A stretch of 64,000 bases of DNA from Macrostomum lignano. Lineage: Eukaryota. Made by a program: the position numbers and the translations under genes. Below are positions 10,229 to 24,527 of this stretch, one piece after another (positions within the stretch are counted from its first letter, which is position 1; every line of letters starts with the position of its first letter). The DNA lies in assembly GCA_002269645.1 (NCBI GenBank), contig NIVC01000996.1:310001-374000 (forward strand), given 5' to 3'. Under the pieces are notes generated by a model. That model had not been told where the DNA came from. It made no database searches and worked only from the letters and a program-made list of their open reading frames with translations.

Positions 10229-13200
10229 CCATCTAGTCTCTTTTCCATATAGTCTCTCTCTTCCATCTAGTCTCTCTCTTCCATATAGTCTCTCTCTTCC
10301 ATCTAGTCTCTCTCTTCCATATAGTCTCTCTCTTCCATCTAGTCTCTCTCTTCCATATAGTCTCTCTCTTCCATATAGTCTCTCTCTTCCATATAGTCTC
10401 TCTCTTCCATCTAGTCTCTCTCTTCCATCTAGTGTCTCTCTTCCATATAGTCTCTCTCTTCCATCTAGTCTCTCTCTTCCATATAGTCTCTCTCTTCCAT
10501 CTAGTCTCTCTCTTCCATCTAGTCTCTCTCTTCCATATAGTCTCTCTCTTCCATCTAGTCTCTCTCTTCCATCTAGTCTCTCTCTTCCATATAGTCTCTC
10601 TCTTCCATCTAGTCTCTCTCTTTCATATAGTCTCTCTTTTCCATCTAGTCTCCTTCTTCCATCTAGTCTCTCTCTTTCATCTAGTCTCTCTATTTCATCT
10701 AGTCTCCCTCTTCCATATAGTCTGCCTCTTCCATCTAGTCTCTCTCTTCCATATAGTCTCTCTCTTCCATATAGTCTCTCTCTTCCATATAGTCTCTCTC
10801 TTCCATCTAGTCTCTCTCTTCCATATAGTCTCTTTCTTCCATCTAGTCTCTCTCTTCCGTCTAGTCTCTCTCTTCCATATAGTCTCTCTCTTCCATATAG
10901 TCTCTCTTTTCCATATAGTCTCTCTCTTCCATATAGTCTCTCTCTTCCATATAGTCTCTCTCTTCCATATAGTCTCTCTCTTCCCTCTAGTCTCTCTCAT
11001 CCATATAGTCTCTCTCTTCCATATAGTCTCTCTCTTCCATATAGTCTCTCTCTCCATCTAGTCTCTCTCTTCCATCTAGTCTCTCTCTTCCATATAGTCT
11101 CTCTCTTCCATCTAGTCTCTCTCTTCCATAGTCTCTCTTTTCCATCTAGTGTCCCTCTTCCATCTAGTCTTTCTCTTCCATCTAGTCTCTTTCTTCCATC
11201 TAGTCTCTCTCTTCCATCTAGTCTCTCTCTTCCATATAGTCTCTCTCTTCCATATAGTCTCTCTCTTCCATATAGTCTCTCTCTTCCATATAGTCTCTCT
11301 CTTCCATCTAGTCTCTCTCTTCCATCTAGTGTCTCTCTTCCATATAGTCTCTCTCTTCCATCTAGTCTCTCTCTTCCATATAGTCTCTCTCTTCCATCTA
11401 GTCTCTCTCTTCCATCTAGTCTCTCTCTTCCATATAGTCTCTCTCTTCCATCTAGTCTCTCTCTTCCATCTAGTCTCTCTCTTCCATATAGTCTCTCTCT
11501 TCCATCTAGTCTCTCTCTTTCATATAGTCTCTCTTTTCCATCTAGTCTCCTTCTTCCATCTAGTCTCTCTCTTTCATCTAGTCTCTCTATTTCATCTAGT
11601 CTCCCTCTTCCATATAGTCTGCCTCTTCCATCTAGTCTCTCTCTTCCATATAGTCTCTCTCTTCCATATAGTCTCTCTCTTCCATATAGTCTCTCTCTTC
11701 CATCTAGTCTCTCTCTTCCATATAGTCTCTTTCTTCCATCTAGTCTCTCTCTTCCGTCTAGTCTCTCTCTTCCATATAGTCTCTCTCTTCCATATAGTCT
11801 CTCTTTTCCATATAGTCTCTCTCTTCCATCTAGTCTCTCTCTTCCATATAGTCTCTCTCTTCCATATAGTCTCTCTCTTCCATCTAGTCTCTCTCTTCCA
11901 TATAGTCTCTCTCTTCCATATAGTCTCTCTCTTCCATATAGTCTCTCTCTCCATCTAGTCTCTCTCTTCCATCTAGTCTCTCTCTTCCATATAGTCTCTC
12001 TCTTCCATCTAGTCTCTCTCTTCCATAGTCTCTCTTTTCCATCTAGTGTCCCTCTTCCATCTAGTCTTTCTCTTCCATCTAGTCTCTTTCTTCCATCTAG
12101 TCTCTCTCTTCCATCTAGTCTCTCTCTTCCATATAGTCTCTCTCTCCATCTAGTCTCTCTCTTCCATCTAGTCTCTCTCTTCCATATAGTCTCTCTCTTC
12201 CATCTAGTGTCTCTTTTCCATCTAGTCTCTCTCTTCCATCTAGTGTCTCTTTTCCATCTAGTCTCTCTCTTCCATCTAGTCTCTTCCATATAGTCTCTCT
12301 CTTCCACCTAGTCTCTTTTCCATCTAGTCTCTCTCTTCCATATAGTCTCTCTCTTCCATAGTCTCTCTTTTCCATCTAGTGTCCCTCTTCCATCTAGTCT
12401 TTCTCTTCCATCTAGTCTCTTTCTTCCATCTAGTCTCTCTCTTCCATCTAGTCTCTCTCTTCCATCTAGTCTCTCTCTTCCATCTAGTCTCTTCTTCCAT
12501 CTAGCTCTCTCTTTCATCTAGTCTCTCTCTTCCATCTAGTCTCCCTCTTCCATATAGTCTCTCTCTTCCATATAGTCTCTCTCTTCCATCTAGTCTCTCT
12601 TTTCCATATAGTCTCTCTCTTCCATATAGTCTCTCTCTTCCATCTAGTGTCTCTTTTCCATCTAGTCTCTCTCTTCCATATAGTCTCTCTCTTCCATCTA
12701 GTCTCTCTTTTCCATATAGTCTCTCTCTTCCATATAGTCTCTCTCTTCCATCTAGTGTCTCTTTTCCATCTAGTCTCTCTCTTCCATCTAGTCTCTCTCT
12801 TCCATATAGTCTCTCTTTTCCATATAGTCTCTCTCTTCCATCTAGTGTCTCTTTTCCATCTAGTCTCTCTCTTCCATATAGTCTCTCTCTTCCATATAGT
12901 CTCTCTCTTCCATCTAGTCTCTTTCTTCCATCTAGTCTCTCTCTTCCACCTAGTCTCTCTCTTCCGTCTAGTCTCTCTCTTCCATATAGTCTCTCTCTTC
13001 CATATAGTCTCTCTCTTCCATATAGTCTCTCTCTTCCATATAGTCTCTCTCTTCCATATAGTCTCTCTCTTCCATATAGTCTCTCTCTTCCCTCTAGTCT
13101 CTCTCTTCCATCTAGTCTCTCTCTTCCATATAGTCTCTCTCTTCCATCTAGTGTCTCTTTTCCATCTAGTCTCTCTCTTCCATCTAGTCTCTTCCATATA

Positions 13201-16200
13201 GTCTCTCTCTTCCACCTAGTCTCTTTTCCATCTAGTCTCTCTCTTCCATATAGTCTCTCTCTTCCATAGTCTCTCTTTTCCATCTAGTGTCCCTCTTCCA
13301 TCTAGTCTTTCTCTTCCATCTAGTCTCTTTCTTCCATCTAGTCTCTCTCTTCCATCTAGTCTCTCTCTTCCATATAGTCTCTCTTTCCATCTAGTCTCTT
13401 TCTTCCATCTAGCCTCTCTCTTTCATCTAGTCTCTCTCTTCCATCTAGTCTCCCTCTTCCATATAGTCTCTCTCTTCCATATAGTCTCTCTCTTCCATCT
13501 AGTCTCTCTTTTCCATCTAGTCTCTCTCTTCCATATAGTCTCTCTCTTCCATATAGTCTCTCTCTTCCATCTAGTCTCTCTCTTCCATATAGTCTCTCTC
13601 TTCCATATAGTCTCTCTCTTCCATATAGTCTCTCTTTTCCATATAGTCTCTCTCTTCCATATAGTCTCTCTCTTCCATCTAGTGTCTCTTTTCCATCTAG
13701 TCTCTCTCTTCCATATAGTCTCTCTCTTCCATATAGTCTCTCTCTTCCATCTAGTCTCTCTTTTCCATATAGTCTCTTTCTTCCATCTAGTCTCTCTCTT
13801 CCACCTAGTCTCTCTCTTCCGTCTAGTCTCTCTCTTCCATATAGTCTCTCTCTTCCATATAGTCTCTCTCTTCCATATAGTCTCTCTCTTCCATATAGTC
13901 TCTCTCTTCCATATAGTCTCTCTCTTCCATATAGTCTCTCTCTTCCCTCTAGTCTCTCTCTTCCATCTAGTCTCTCTCTTCCATCTAGTCTCTCTCTTCC
14001 ATCTAGTCTCTCTCTTCCATATAGTCTCTCTCTTCCATCTAGTGTCTCTTTTCCATCTAGTCTCTCTCTTCCATCTAGTCTCTTCCATATAGTCTCTCTC
14101 TTCCACCTAGTCTCTTTTCCATCTAGTCTCTCTCTTCCATATAGTCTCTCTCTTCCATAGTCTCTCTTTTCCATCTAGTGTCCCTCTTCCATCTAGTCTT
14201 TCTCTTCCATCTAGTCTCTTTCTTCCATCTAGTCTCTCTCTTCCATCTAGTCTCTCTCTTCCATATAGTCTCTCTTTTCCATCTAGTCTCTTTCTTCCAT
14301 CTAGCCTCTCTCTTTCATCTAGTCTCTCTCTTCCATCTAGTCTCCCTCTTCCATATAGTCTCTCTCTTCCATATAGTCTCTCTCTTCCATCTAGTCTCTC
14401 TTTTCCATATAGTCTCTCTCTTCCATATAGTCTCTCTCTTCCATATAGTCTCTCTCTTCCATATAGTCTCTCTCTTCCATCTAGTCTCTCTCTTCCATAT
14501 AGTCTCTCTCTTCCATATAGTCTCTCTCTTCCATATAGTCTCTCTCTTCCATCTAGTCTCTCTCTTCCATATAGTCTCTCTCTTCCATCTAGTCTTTCTC
14601 TTCCATCTAGTCTCTCTTTTCCATATAGTCTCTCTCTTCCATATAGTCTCTCTCTTCCATATAGTCTCTCTCTTCTATAGTCTCTCTCTTCCATATAGTC
14701 TCTCTCTTCCATATAGTCTCTCTCTTCCATCTAGTCTCTCTCTTCCATCTAGTCTCCCTCTTCCATATAGTGTCTCTTTTCCATCTAGTCTCTCTCTTCC
14801 ATCTAGTCTCTTCCATATAGTCTCTCTTCCATATAGTCTCTCTCTTCCATCTAGTCTCTCTCTTCCATCTAGTCTCTTCCATATAGTCTCTCTCTTCCAC
14901 CTAGTCTCTTTTCCATCTAGTCTCTCTCTTCCATATAGTCTCTCTCTTCCATAGTCTCTCTTTTCCATCTAGTGTCCCTCTTCTATCTAGGCTTTCTCTT
15001 CATCTAGTCTCTCTTCCATCTAGTCTCTCTCTTCCATTAGTCTCTCTCTTCCATCTAGTCTCTCTCTCCATCTAGTCTCCTCTTCCATCTAGTCTCCTCT
15101 TCCATCTCTCTCTTCCATATAGTCTCTCTCTTCCATCTAGTCTCTCTCTTCCATCTAGTCTCTCTCTTCCATCTAGTCTCTCTCTTCCATCTAGTCTCTC
15201 TCTTCCATCTAGTCTCTCTCTTCCATCTAGTCTCTCTCTTCCATCTAGTCTCTCTCTTCCATCTAGTCTCTCTCTTCCATCTAGTCTCTCTCTTCCATCT
15301 AGTCTCTCTCTTCCATCTAGTCTCTCTCTTCCATCTAGTCTCTCTCTTCCATCTAGTCTCTCTCTTCCATCTAGTCTCTCTCTTCCATCTAGTCTCTCTC
15401 TTCCATCTAGTCTCTCTCTTCCATCTAGTCTCTCTCTTCCATCTAGTCTCTCTCTTCCATCTAGTCTCTCTCTTCCATATAGTCTCTCTCTTCCATATAG
15501 TCTCTCTCTTCCATATAGTCTCTCTCTTCCATATAGTCTCTCTCTTCCATATAGTCTCTCTCTTCCATATAGTCTCTCTCTTCCATATAGTCTCTCTCTT
15601 CCATATAGTCTCTCTCTTCCATATAGTCTCTCTCTTCCATATAGTCTCTCTCTTCCATCTAGTCTCTCTCTTCCATCTAGTCTCTCTCTTCCATCTAGTC
15701 TCTCTCTTCCATCTAGTCTCTCTCTTCCATATAGTCTCTCTCTTCCATATAGTCTCTCTCTTCCATCTAGTCTCTCTCTTCCATATAGTCTCTCTCTTCC
15801 ATCTAGTCTCTCTCTTCCATCTAGTCTCTCTCTTCCATATAGTCTCTCTCTTCCATCTAGTCTCTCTCTTCCATCTAGTCTCTCTCTTCCATATAGTCTC
15901 TCTCTTCCATCTAGTCTCTCTCTTCCATCTAGTCTCTCTCTTCCATATAGTCTCTCTCTTCCATCTAGTCTCTCTCTTCCATATAGTCTCTCTCTTCCAT
16001 ATAGTCTCTCTCTTCCATCTAGTCTCTCTCTTCCATATAGTCTCTCTCTTCCATCTAGTCTCTCTCTTCCATATAGTCTCTCTCTTCCATCTAGTCTCTC
16101 TCTTCCATATAGTCTCTCTCTTCCATATAGTCTCTCTCTTCCATATAGTCTCTCTCTTCCATATAGTCTCTCTCTTCCATATAGTCTCTCTCTTCCATAT

Positions 16201-19200
16201 AGTCTCTCTCTTCCATATAGTCTCTCTCTTCCATATAGTCTCTCTCTTCCATATAGTCTCTCTCTTCCATATAGTCTCTCTCTTCCATATAGTCTCTCTC
16301 TTCCATCTAGTCTCTCTCTTCCATATAGTCTCTCTCTTCCATATAGTCTCTCTCTTCCATATAGTCTCTCTCTTCCATATAGTCTCTCTCTTCCATATAG
16401 TCTCTCTCTTCCATATAGTCTCTCTCTTCCATATAGTCTCTCTCTTCCATATAGTCTCTCTCTTCCATATAGTCTCTCTCTTCCATCTAGTCTCTCTCTT
16501 CCATCTAGTCTCTCTCTTCCATATAGTCTCTCTCTTCCATCTAGTCTCTCTCTTCCATCTAGTCTCTCTCTTCCATATAGTCTCTCTCTTCCATCTAGTC
16601 TCTCTCTTCCATCTAGTCTCTTCCATCTAGTCTCTCTCTTCCATCTAGTGTCTCTTTTCCATCTAGTCTCTCTTTCCATCTAGTCTCTCTCCCATATAGT
16701 CTCTCTCTTCCATAGTCTCTCTTCCATCTAGTCTCTCTCTTCCATATAGTCTCTCTCTTCCATAGTCTCTCTTCCATCTAGTCTCTCTCTTCCATCTAGT
16801 CTCTCTCTTCCATATAGTCTCTCTCTTCCATCTAGTCTCTCTCTTCCATATAGTCTCTCTCTTCCATCTAGTCTCTCTCTTCCATCTAGTCTCTCTCTTC
16901 CATCTAGTCTCTCTCTTCCATATAGTCTCTCTCTTCCATCTAGTCTCTCTCTTCCATATAGTCTCTCTCTTCCATATAGTCTCTCTCTTCCATCTAGTCT
17001 CTCTCTTCCATCTAGTCTCTCTCTTCCATATAGTCTCTCTCTTCCATCTAGTCTCTCTCTTCCATCTAGTCTCTCTCTTCCATATAGTCTCTCTTTCCAT
17101 CTAGTCTCTCTCTTCCATCTAGTCTCTCTTCCATATAGTCTCTCTTCCATATAGTCTCTCTCTTCCATCTAGTCTCTTCCATCTAGTCTCTCTTCCATAT
17201 AGTCTCTCTCTTCCATAGTCTCTCTCTTCCATCTAGTCTCTTCTATAGTCTCTCTCTTCCATCTAGTCTCTTTTCCATCTAGTCTCTCTCTTCCATATAG
17301 TCTCTCTCTTCCATAGTCTCTCTTCCATCTAGTCTCTCTCTTCCATCTAGTCTCTCTTCCATATAGTCTCTCTCTTCCATCTAGTCTCTCTCTTCCATTA
17401 GTCTCTCTCTTCCATCTAGTCTCTCTCTTCCATCTAGTCTCTCTCTTCCATCTAGTCTCTCTCTTCCATCTAGTCTCTCTCTTCCATCTAGTCTCTCTCT
17501 TCCATATAGTCTCTCTCTTCCATCTAGTCTCTCTCTTCCATCTAGTCTCTCTCTTCCATCTAGTCTCTCTCTTCCATCTAGTCTCTCTCTTCCATCTAGT
17601 CTCTCTCTTCCATCTAGTCTCTCTCTTCCATCTAGTCTCTCTCTTCCATCTAGTCTCTCTCTTCCATATAGTCTCTCTCTTCCATCTAGTCTCTCTCTTC
17701 CATCTAGTCTCTCTCTTCCATCTAGTCTCTCTCTTCCATATAGTCTCTCTCTTCCATATAGTCTCTCTCTTCCATATAGTCTCTCTCTTCCATATAGTCT
17801 CTCTCTTCCATATAGTCTCTCTCTTCCATATAGTCTCTCTCTTCCATATAGTCTCTCTCTTCCATATAGTCTCTCTCTTCCATATAGTCTCTCTCTTCCA
17901 TCTAGTCTCTCTCTTCCATATAGTCTCTCTCTTCCATCTAGTCTCTCTCTTCCATCTAGTCTCTCTCTTCCATATAGTCTCTCTCTTCCATATAGTCTCT
18001 CTCTTCCATCTAGTCTCTCTCTTCCATATAGTCTCTCTCTTCCATCTAGTCTCTCTCTTCCATCTAGTCTCTCTCTTCCATATAGTCTCTCTCTTCCATC
18101 TAGTCTCTCTCTTCCATCTAGTCTCTCTCTTCCATCTAGTCTCTCTCTTCCATCTAGTCTCTCTCTTCCATCTAGTCTCTCTCTTCCATCTAGTCTCTCT
18201 CTTCCATATAGTCTCTCTCTTCCATCTAGTCTCTCTCTTCCATCTAGTCTCTCTCTTCCATATAGTCTCTCTCTTCCATCTAGTCTCTCTCTTCCATATA
18301 GTCTCTCTCTTCCATATAGTCTCTCTCTTCCATCTAGTCTCTCTCTTCCATATAGTCTCTCTCTTCCATATAGTCTCTCTCTTCCATATAGTCTCTCTCT
18401 TCCATATAGTCTCTCTCTTCCATATAGTCTCTCTCTTCCATATAGTCTCTCTCTTCCATATAGTCTCTCTCTTCCATATAGTCTCTCTCTTCCATATAGT
18501 CTCTCTCTTCCATATAGTCTCTCTCTTCCATATAGTCTCTCTCTTCCATCTAGTCTCTCTCTTCCATATAGTCTCTCTCTTCCATATAGTCTCTCTCTTC
18601 CATATAGTCTCTCTCTTCCATATAGTCTCTCTCTTCCATATAGTCTCTCTCTTCCATATAGTCTCTCTCTTCCATCTAGTCTCTCTCTTCCATCTAGTCT
18701 CTCTCTTCCATATAGTCTCTCTCTTCCATATAGTCTCTCTCTTCCATCTAGTCTCTCTCTTCCATATAGTCTCTCTCTTCCATATAGTCTCTCTCTTCCA
18801 TCTAGTCTCTCTCTTCCATCTAGTCTCTCTCCATATAGTCTCTCTCTTCCATATAGTCTCTCTCTTCCATCTAGTCTCTCTCTTCTCATATAGTCTCTCT
18901 CTTCCATAGTCTCTCTTTCCATCTAGTCTCTCTCTTCCATATAGTCTCTCTCTTCCATCTAGTCTCTCTTCCATCTAGTCTCTCTCTTCCATCTAGTCTC
19001 TCTCTTCCATATAGTCTCTCTCTCCATCTAGTCTCTCTCTTCCATCTAGTCTCTCTCTTCCATATAGTCTCTCTCTTCCATCTAGTCTCTCTCTTCCATC
19101 TAGTCTCTCTCTTCCATCTAGTCTCTCTCTTCCATCTAGTCTCTCTCTTCCATCTAGTCTCTCTCTTCCATCTAGTCTCTCTCTTCCATCTAGTCTCTCT

Positions 19201-22200
19201 CTTCCATATAGTCTCTCTCTTCCATCTAGTCTCTCTCTTCCATATAGTCTCTTTCTTCCATCTAGTCTCTCTCTTCCATCTAGTCTCTCTCTTCCATCTA
19301 GTCTCTCTCTTCCATCTAGTCTCTCTCTTCCATATAGTCTCTCTCTTCCATCTAGTCTCTCTCTTCCATCTAGTCTCTCTCTTCCATCTAGTCTCTCTCT
19401 TCCATCTAGTCTCTCTCTTCCATCTAGTCTCTCTCTTCCATCTAGTCTCTCTCTTCTCTAGTCTCTCTCTTCCATCTAGTCTCTCTCTTCCATCTAGTCT
19501 CTCTCTTCCATCTAGTCTCTCTCTCTTCATCTAGTCTCTCTCTTCCATCTAGTCTCTCTCTTCCATATAGTCTCTCTCTTCCATATAGTCTCTCTCTTCC
19601 ATCTAGTCTCTCTCTTCCATATAGTCTCTCTCTTCCATATAGTCTCTCTCTTCCATCTAGTCTCTCTCTTCCATCTAGTCTCTCTCTTCCATCTAGTCTC
19701 TCTCTTCCATCTAGTCTCTCTCTTCCATATAGTCTCTCTCTTCCATATAGTCTCTCTCTTCCATATAGTCTCTCTCTTCCATATAGTCTCTCTCTTCCAT
19801 ATAGTCTCTCTCTTCCATCTAGTCTCTCTCTTCCATATAGTCTCTCTCTTCCATATAGTCTCTCTCTTCCATATAGTCTCTCTCTTCCATATAGTCTCTC
19901 TCTTCCATATAGTCTCTCTCTTCCATCTAGTCTCTCTCTTCCATATAGTCTCTCTCTTCCATCTAGTCTCTCTCTTCCATCTAGTCTCTCTCTTCCATCT
20001 AGTCTCTCTCTTCCATATAGTCTCTCTCTTCCATCTAGTCTCTCTCTTCCATATAGTCTCTCTCTTCCATATAGTCTCTCTCTTCCATCTAGTCTCTCTC
20101 TTCCATATAGTCTCTCTCTTCCATCTAGTCTCTCTCTTCCATCTAGTCTCTCTCTTCCATATAGTCTCTCTCTTCCATATAGTCTCTCTCTTCCATATAG
20201 TCTCTCTCTTCCATATAGTCTCTCTCTTCCATCTAGTCTCTCTCTTCCATATAGTCTCTCTCTTCCATATAGTCTCTCTCTTCCATATAGTCTCTCTCTT
20301 CCATCTAGTCTCTCTCTTCCATATAGTCTCTCTCTTCCATCTAGTCTCTCTCTTCCATCTAGTCTCTCTCTTCCATCTAGTCTCTCTCTTCCATCTAGTC
20401 TCTCTCTTCCATATAGTCTCTCTCTTCCATCTAGTCTCTCTCTTCCATATAGTCTCTCTCTTCCATCTAGTCTCTCTCTTCCATATAGTCTCTCTCTTCC
20501 ATCTAGTCTCTCTCTTCCATATAGTCTCTCTCTTCCATATAGTCTCTCTCTTCCATCTAGTCTCTCTCTTCCATATAGTCTCTCTCTTCCATCTAGTCTC
20601 TCTCTTCCATATAGTCTCTCTTCCATCTAGTCTCTCTCTTCCATAGTCTCTCTCTTCCATCTAGTCTCTCTCTTCCATATAGTCTCTCTCTTCCATATAG
20701 TCTCTCTCTTCCATATAGTCTCTCTCTTCCATATAGTCTCTCTCTTCCATATAGTCTCTCTCTTCCATCTAGTCTCTCTCTTCCATATAGTCTCTCTCTT
20801 CCATCTAGTCTCTCTCTTCCATCTAGTCTCTCTCTTCCATCTAGTCTCTCTTTCCATCTAGTCTCTCTCTTCCATCTAGTCTCCCTCTTCCATATAGTCT
20901 CTCTCTTCCATATAGTCTCTCTCTTCCATCTAGTCTCTCTCTTCCATATAGTCTCTCTCTTCCATCTAGTCTCTCTCTTCCATCTAGTCTCTCTCTTCCA
21001 TATAGTCTCTCTCTTCCATCTAGTCTCTCTCTTCCATCTAGTCTCTCTCTTCCATATAGTCTCTCTCTTCCATCTAGTCTCTCTCTTCCATCTAGTCTCT
21101 CTTTCCATATAGTCTCTCTCTTCCATCTAGTCTCTCTCTTCCATATAGTCTCTCTCTTCCATATAGTCTCTCTCTTCCATATAGTCTCTCTCTTCCATAT
21201 AGTCTCTCTCTTCCATCTAGTCTCTCTCTTCCATCTAGTCTCTCTCTTCCATCTAGTCTCTCTCTTCCATATAGTCTCTCTCTTCCATATAGTCTCTCTC
21301 TTCCATCTAGTCTCTCTTTCCATATAGTCTCTCTCTTCCATATAGTCTCTCTCTTCCATATAGTCTCTCTCTTCCATATAGTCTCTCTCTTCCATATAGT
21401 CTCTCTCTTCCATATAGTCTCTCTCTTCCATCTAGTCTCTCTCTTCCATCTAGTCTCTCTCCATATAGTCTCTTTTCCATCTAGTCTCTCTCTTCCATCT
21501 AGTCTCTTCCATATAGTCTCTCTCTTCCATATAGTCTCTCTCTTCCATCTAGTCTCTCTCTTCCATCTAGTCTCTTCCATATAGTCTCTCTCTTCCACCT
21601 AGTCTCTTTTCCATCTAGTCTCTCTCTTCCATATAGTCTCTCTCTTCCATAGTCTCTCTTTTCCATCTAGTGTCCCTCTTCTATCTAGTCTTTCTCTTCC
21701 ATCTAGTCTCCCTCTTCCATATAGTCTCTCTCTTCCATTTAGTCTCTCTCTTCCATATAGTCTCTCTCTCCATCTAGTCTCCCTCTTCCATCTAGTCTCT
21801 CTCTTCCATATAGTCTCTCTCTTCCATCTAGTCTCTCTCTTCCATATAGTCTCTTTCTTCCATCTAGTCTCTCTCTTCCACCTAGTCTCTCTCTTCCGTC
21901 TAGTCTCTCTCTTCCATCTAGTCTCTCTCTTCCATCTAGTCTCTCTCTTCCATATAGTCTCTCTCTTCCATCTAGTCTCTCTCTTCCATATAGTCTCTCT
22001 CTTCCATCTAGTCTCTCTCTTCCATATAGTCTCTCTCTTCCATCTAGTCTCTCTCTTCCATATAGTCTCTCTCTTCCATATAGTCTCTCTCTTCCATCTA
22101 GTCTCTCTCTTCCATCTAGTCTCTCTCTTCCATCTAGTGTCTCTTTTCCATATAGTCTTTCTCTTCCGTCTAGTCTCTCTCTTCCATCTAGTCTCTCTCT

Positions 22201-24527
22201 TCATATAGTCTCTCTTTCCATCTAGTCTCTCTTCCATCTAGTCTCTCTCTTCATCTAGTCTCTCTCTTCATCTAGTCTCTCTTCCATATAGTCTCTCTTC
22301 CATCTAGTCTCTCTCTTCCATATAGTCTCTCTCTTCCATATAGTCTCTCTCTTCCATCTAGTCTCTCTCTTCCATCTAGTCTCTCTCTTCCATATAGTCT
22401 CTTTCTTCCATCTAGTCTCTCTCTTCCACCTAGTCTCTCTCTTCCATCTAGTCTCTCTCTTCCATATAGTCTCTCTCTTCCATATAGTCTCTCTCTTCCA
22501 TATAGTCTCTCTCTTCCATCTAGTGTCTCTCTTCCATCTAGTCTCTCTTTTCCATATAGTCTCTCTCTTCCATCTAGTCTCTCTCTTCCATATAGTCTCT
22601 CTCTTCCATATAGTCTCTCTCTTCCATATAGTCTCTCTCTTCCATATAGTCTCTCTCTTCCATCTAGTCTCTCTCTTCCATATAGTCTCTCTCTTCCATA
22701 TAGTCTCTCTCTTCCATCTAGTCTCTCTCTTCCATATAGTCTCTCTCTTCCATCTAGTCTCTCTCTTCCATCTAGTCTCTCTCTTCCATATAGTCTCTCT
22801 CTTCCATATAGTCTCTCTCTTCCATATAGTCTCTCTCTTCCATATAGTCTCTCTCTTCCATCTAGTCTCTCTTTCCATATAGTCTCTCTCTTCCATATAG
22901 TCTCTCTCTTCCATATAGTCTCTCTCTTCCTCTAGTCTCTCTCTTCCATATAGTCTCTCTCTTCCATAGTCTCTCTCTTCCATCTAGTCTCTCTCTTCCA
23001 TCTAGTCTCTCTCTTCCATCTAGTCTCTCTCTTCCATATAGTCTCTCTCTTCCATCTAGTCTCTCTCTTCCATATAGTCTCTCTCTTCCATCTAGTCTCT
23101 CTCTTCCATATAGTCTCTCTCTTCCATCTAGTCTCTCTCTTCCATATAGTCTCTCTCTTCCATATAGTCTCTCTCTTCCATCTAGTCTCTCTCTTCCATC
23201 TAGTCTCTCTCTTCCATCTAGTGTCTCTTTTCCATATAGTCTCTCTCTTCCGTCTAGTCTCTCTCTTCCATCTAGTCTCTCTCTTTCATATAGTCTCTCT
23301 TTTCCATCTAGTCTCCTTCTTCCATCTAGTCTCTCTCTTCATCTAGTCTCTCTCTTCCATCTAGTCTCCTCTTCCATATAGTCTCTCTCTTCCATCTAGT
23401 CTCTCTCTTCCATATAGTCTCTCTCTTCCATATAGTCTCTCTCTTCCATCTAGTCTCTCTCTTCCATCTAGTCTCTCTCTTCCATATAGTCTCTTTCTTC
23501 CATCTAGTCTCTCTCTTCCACCTAGTCTCTCTCTTCCGTCTAGTCTCTCTCTTCCATATAGTCTCTCTCTTCCATATAGTCTCTCTCTTCCATATAGTCT
23601 CTCTCTTCCATATAGTCTCTCTCTTCCATATAGTCTCTCTCTTCCATATAGTCTCTCTCTTCCCTCTAGTCTCTCTCTTCCATATAGTCTCTCTCTTCCA
23701 TATAGTCTCTCTCTTCCATCTAGTCTCTCTTTTCCATCTAGTCTCTCTCTTCCATCTAGTCTCCCTCTTCCATATAGTCTCTCTCTTCCATCTAGTCTCT
23801 CTCTTCCATCTAGTCTCTCTCTTCCATATAGTCTCTCTCTTCCATCTAGTCTCTCTCTTCCATCTAGTCTCTCTCTTCCATATAGTCTCTCTCTTCCCTC
23901 TAGTCTCTCTCTTCCATCTAGTCTCTCTCTTCCATATAGTCTCTCTCTTCCATATAGTGTCTCTCTTCCATCTAGTCTCTCTTTTCCATATAGTCTCTCT
24001 CTTCCATCTAGTCTCTCTCTTCCATATAGTCTCTCTCTTCCATATAGTCTCTCTCTTCCATATAGTCTCTCTCTTCCATATAGTCTCTCTCTTCCATCTA
24101 GTCTCTCTCTTCCATCTAGTCTCTCTCTTCCATCTAGTCTCTCTCTTCCATATAGTCTCTCTCTTCCATATAGTCTCTCTCTTCCATCTAGTCTCTCTCT
24201 TCCATATAGTCTCTCTCTTCCATATAGTCTCTCTCTTCCATCTAGTCTCTCTCTTCCATATAGTCTCTCTCTTCCATATAGTCTCTCTCTTCCATATAGT
24301 CTCTCTCTTCCATATAGTCTCTCTCTTCCATCTAGTCTCTCTTTTCCATATAGTCTCTCTCTTCCATATAGTCTCTCTCTTCCATATAGTCTCTCTCTTC
24401 CCTCTAGTCTCTCTCTTCCATATAGTCTCTCTCTTCCATATAGTCTCTCTCTTCCATATAGTCTCTCTCTTCCATCTAGTCTCTCTCTTCCATATAGTCT
24501 CTCTCTTCCATATAGTGTCTCTTCCAT
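10229..24527. repeat. 14.3-kb satellite, 18-bp unit AGTCTCTCTCTTCCAT[C/A]T (~790 copies), inside the NPF intron
   Basis: The unit is read directly from the sequence. It explains the 6-aa periodic pseudo-ORFs (VSLFHL/I, WKRETR/I, GRERLD/Y, MEERDY). Confidence 0.98.

Noticed and set aside
10212-10235. Possible 13-nt micro-exon or recursive site (CTAG|ATGGATAGGAAGC|GTGAGT) at the satellite end
   Set aside because: The upstream sequence is purine-rich with no polypyrimidine tract, and inclusion would destroy RPRF-GKR. It could only be revisited with junction reads.
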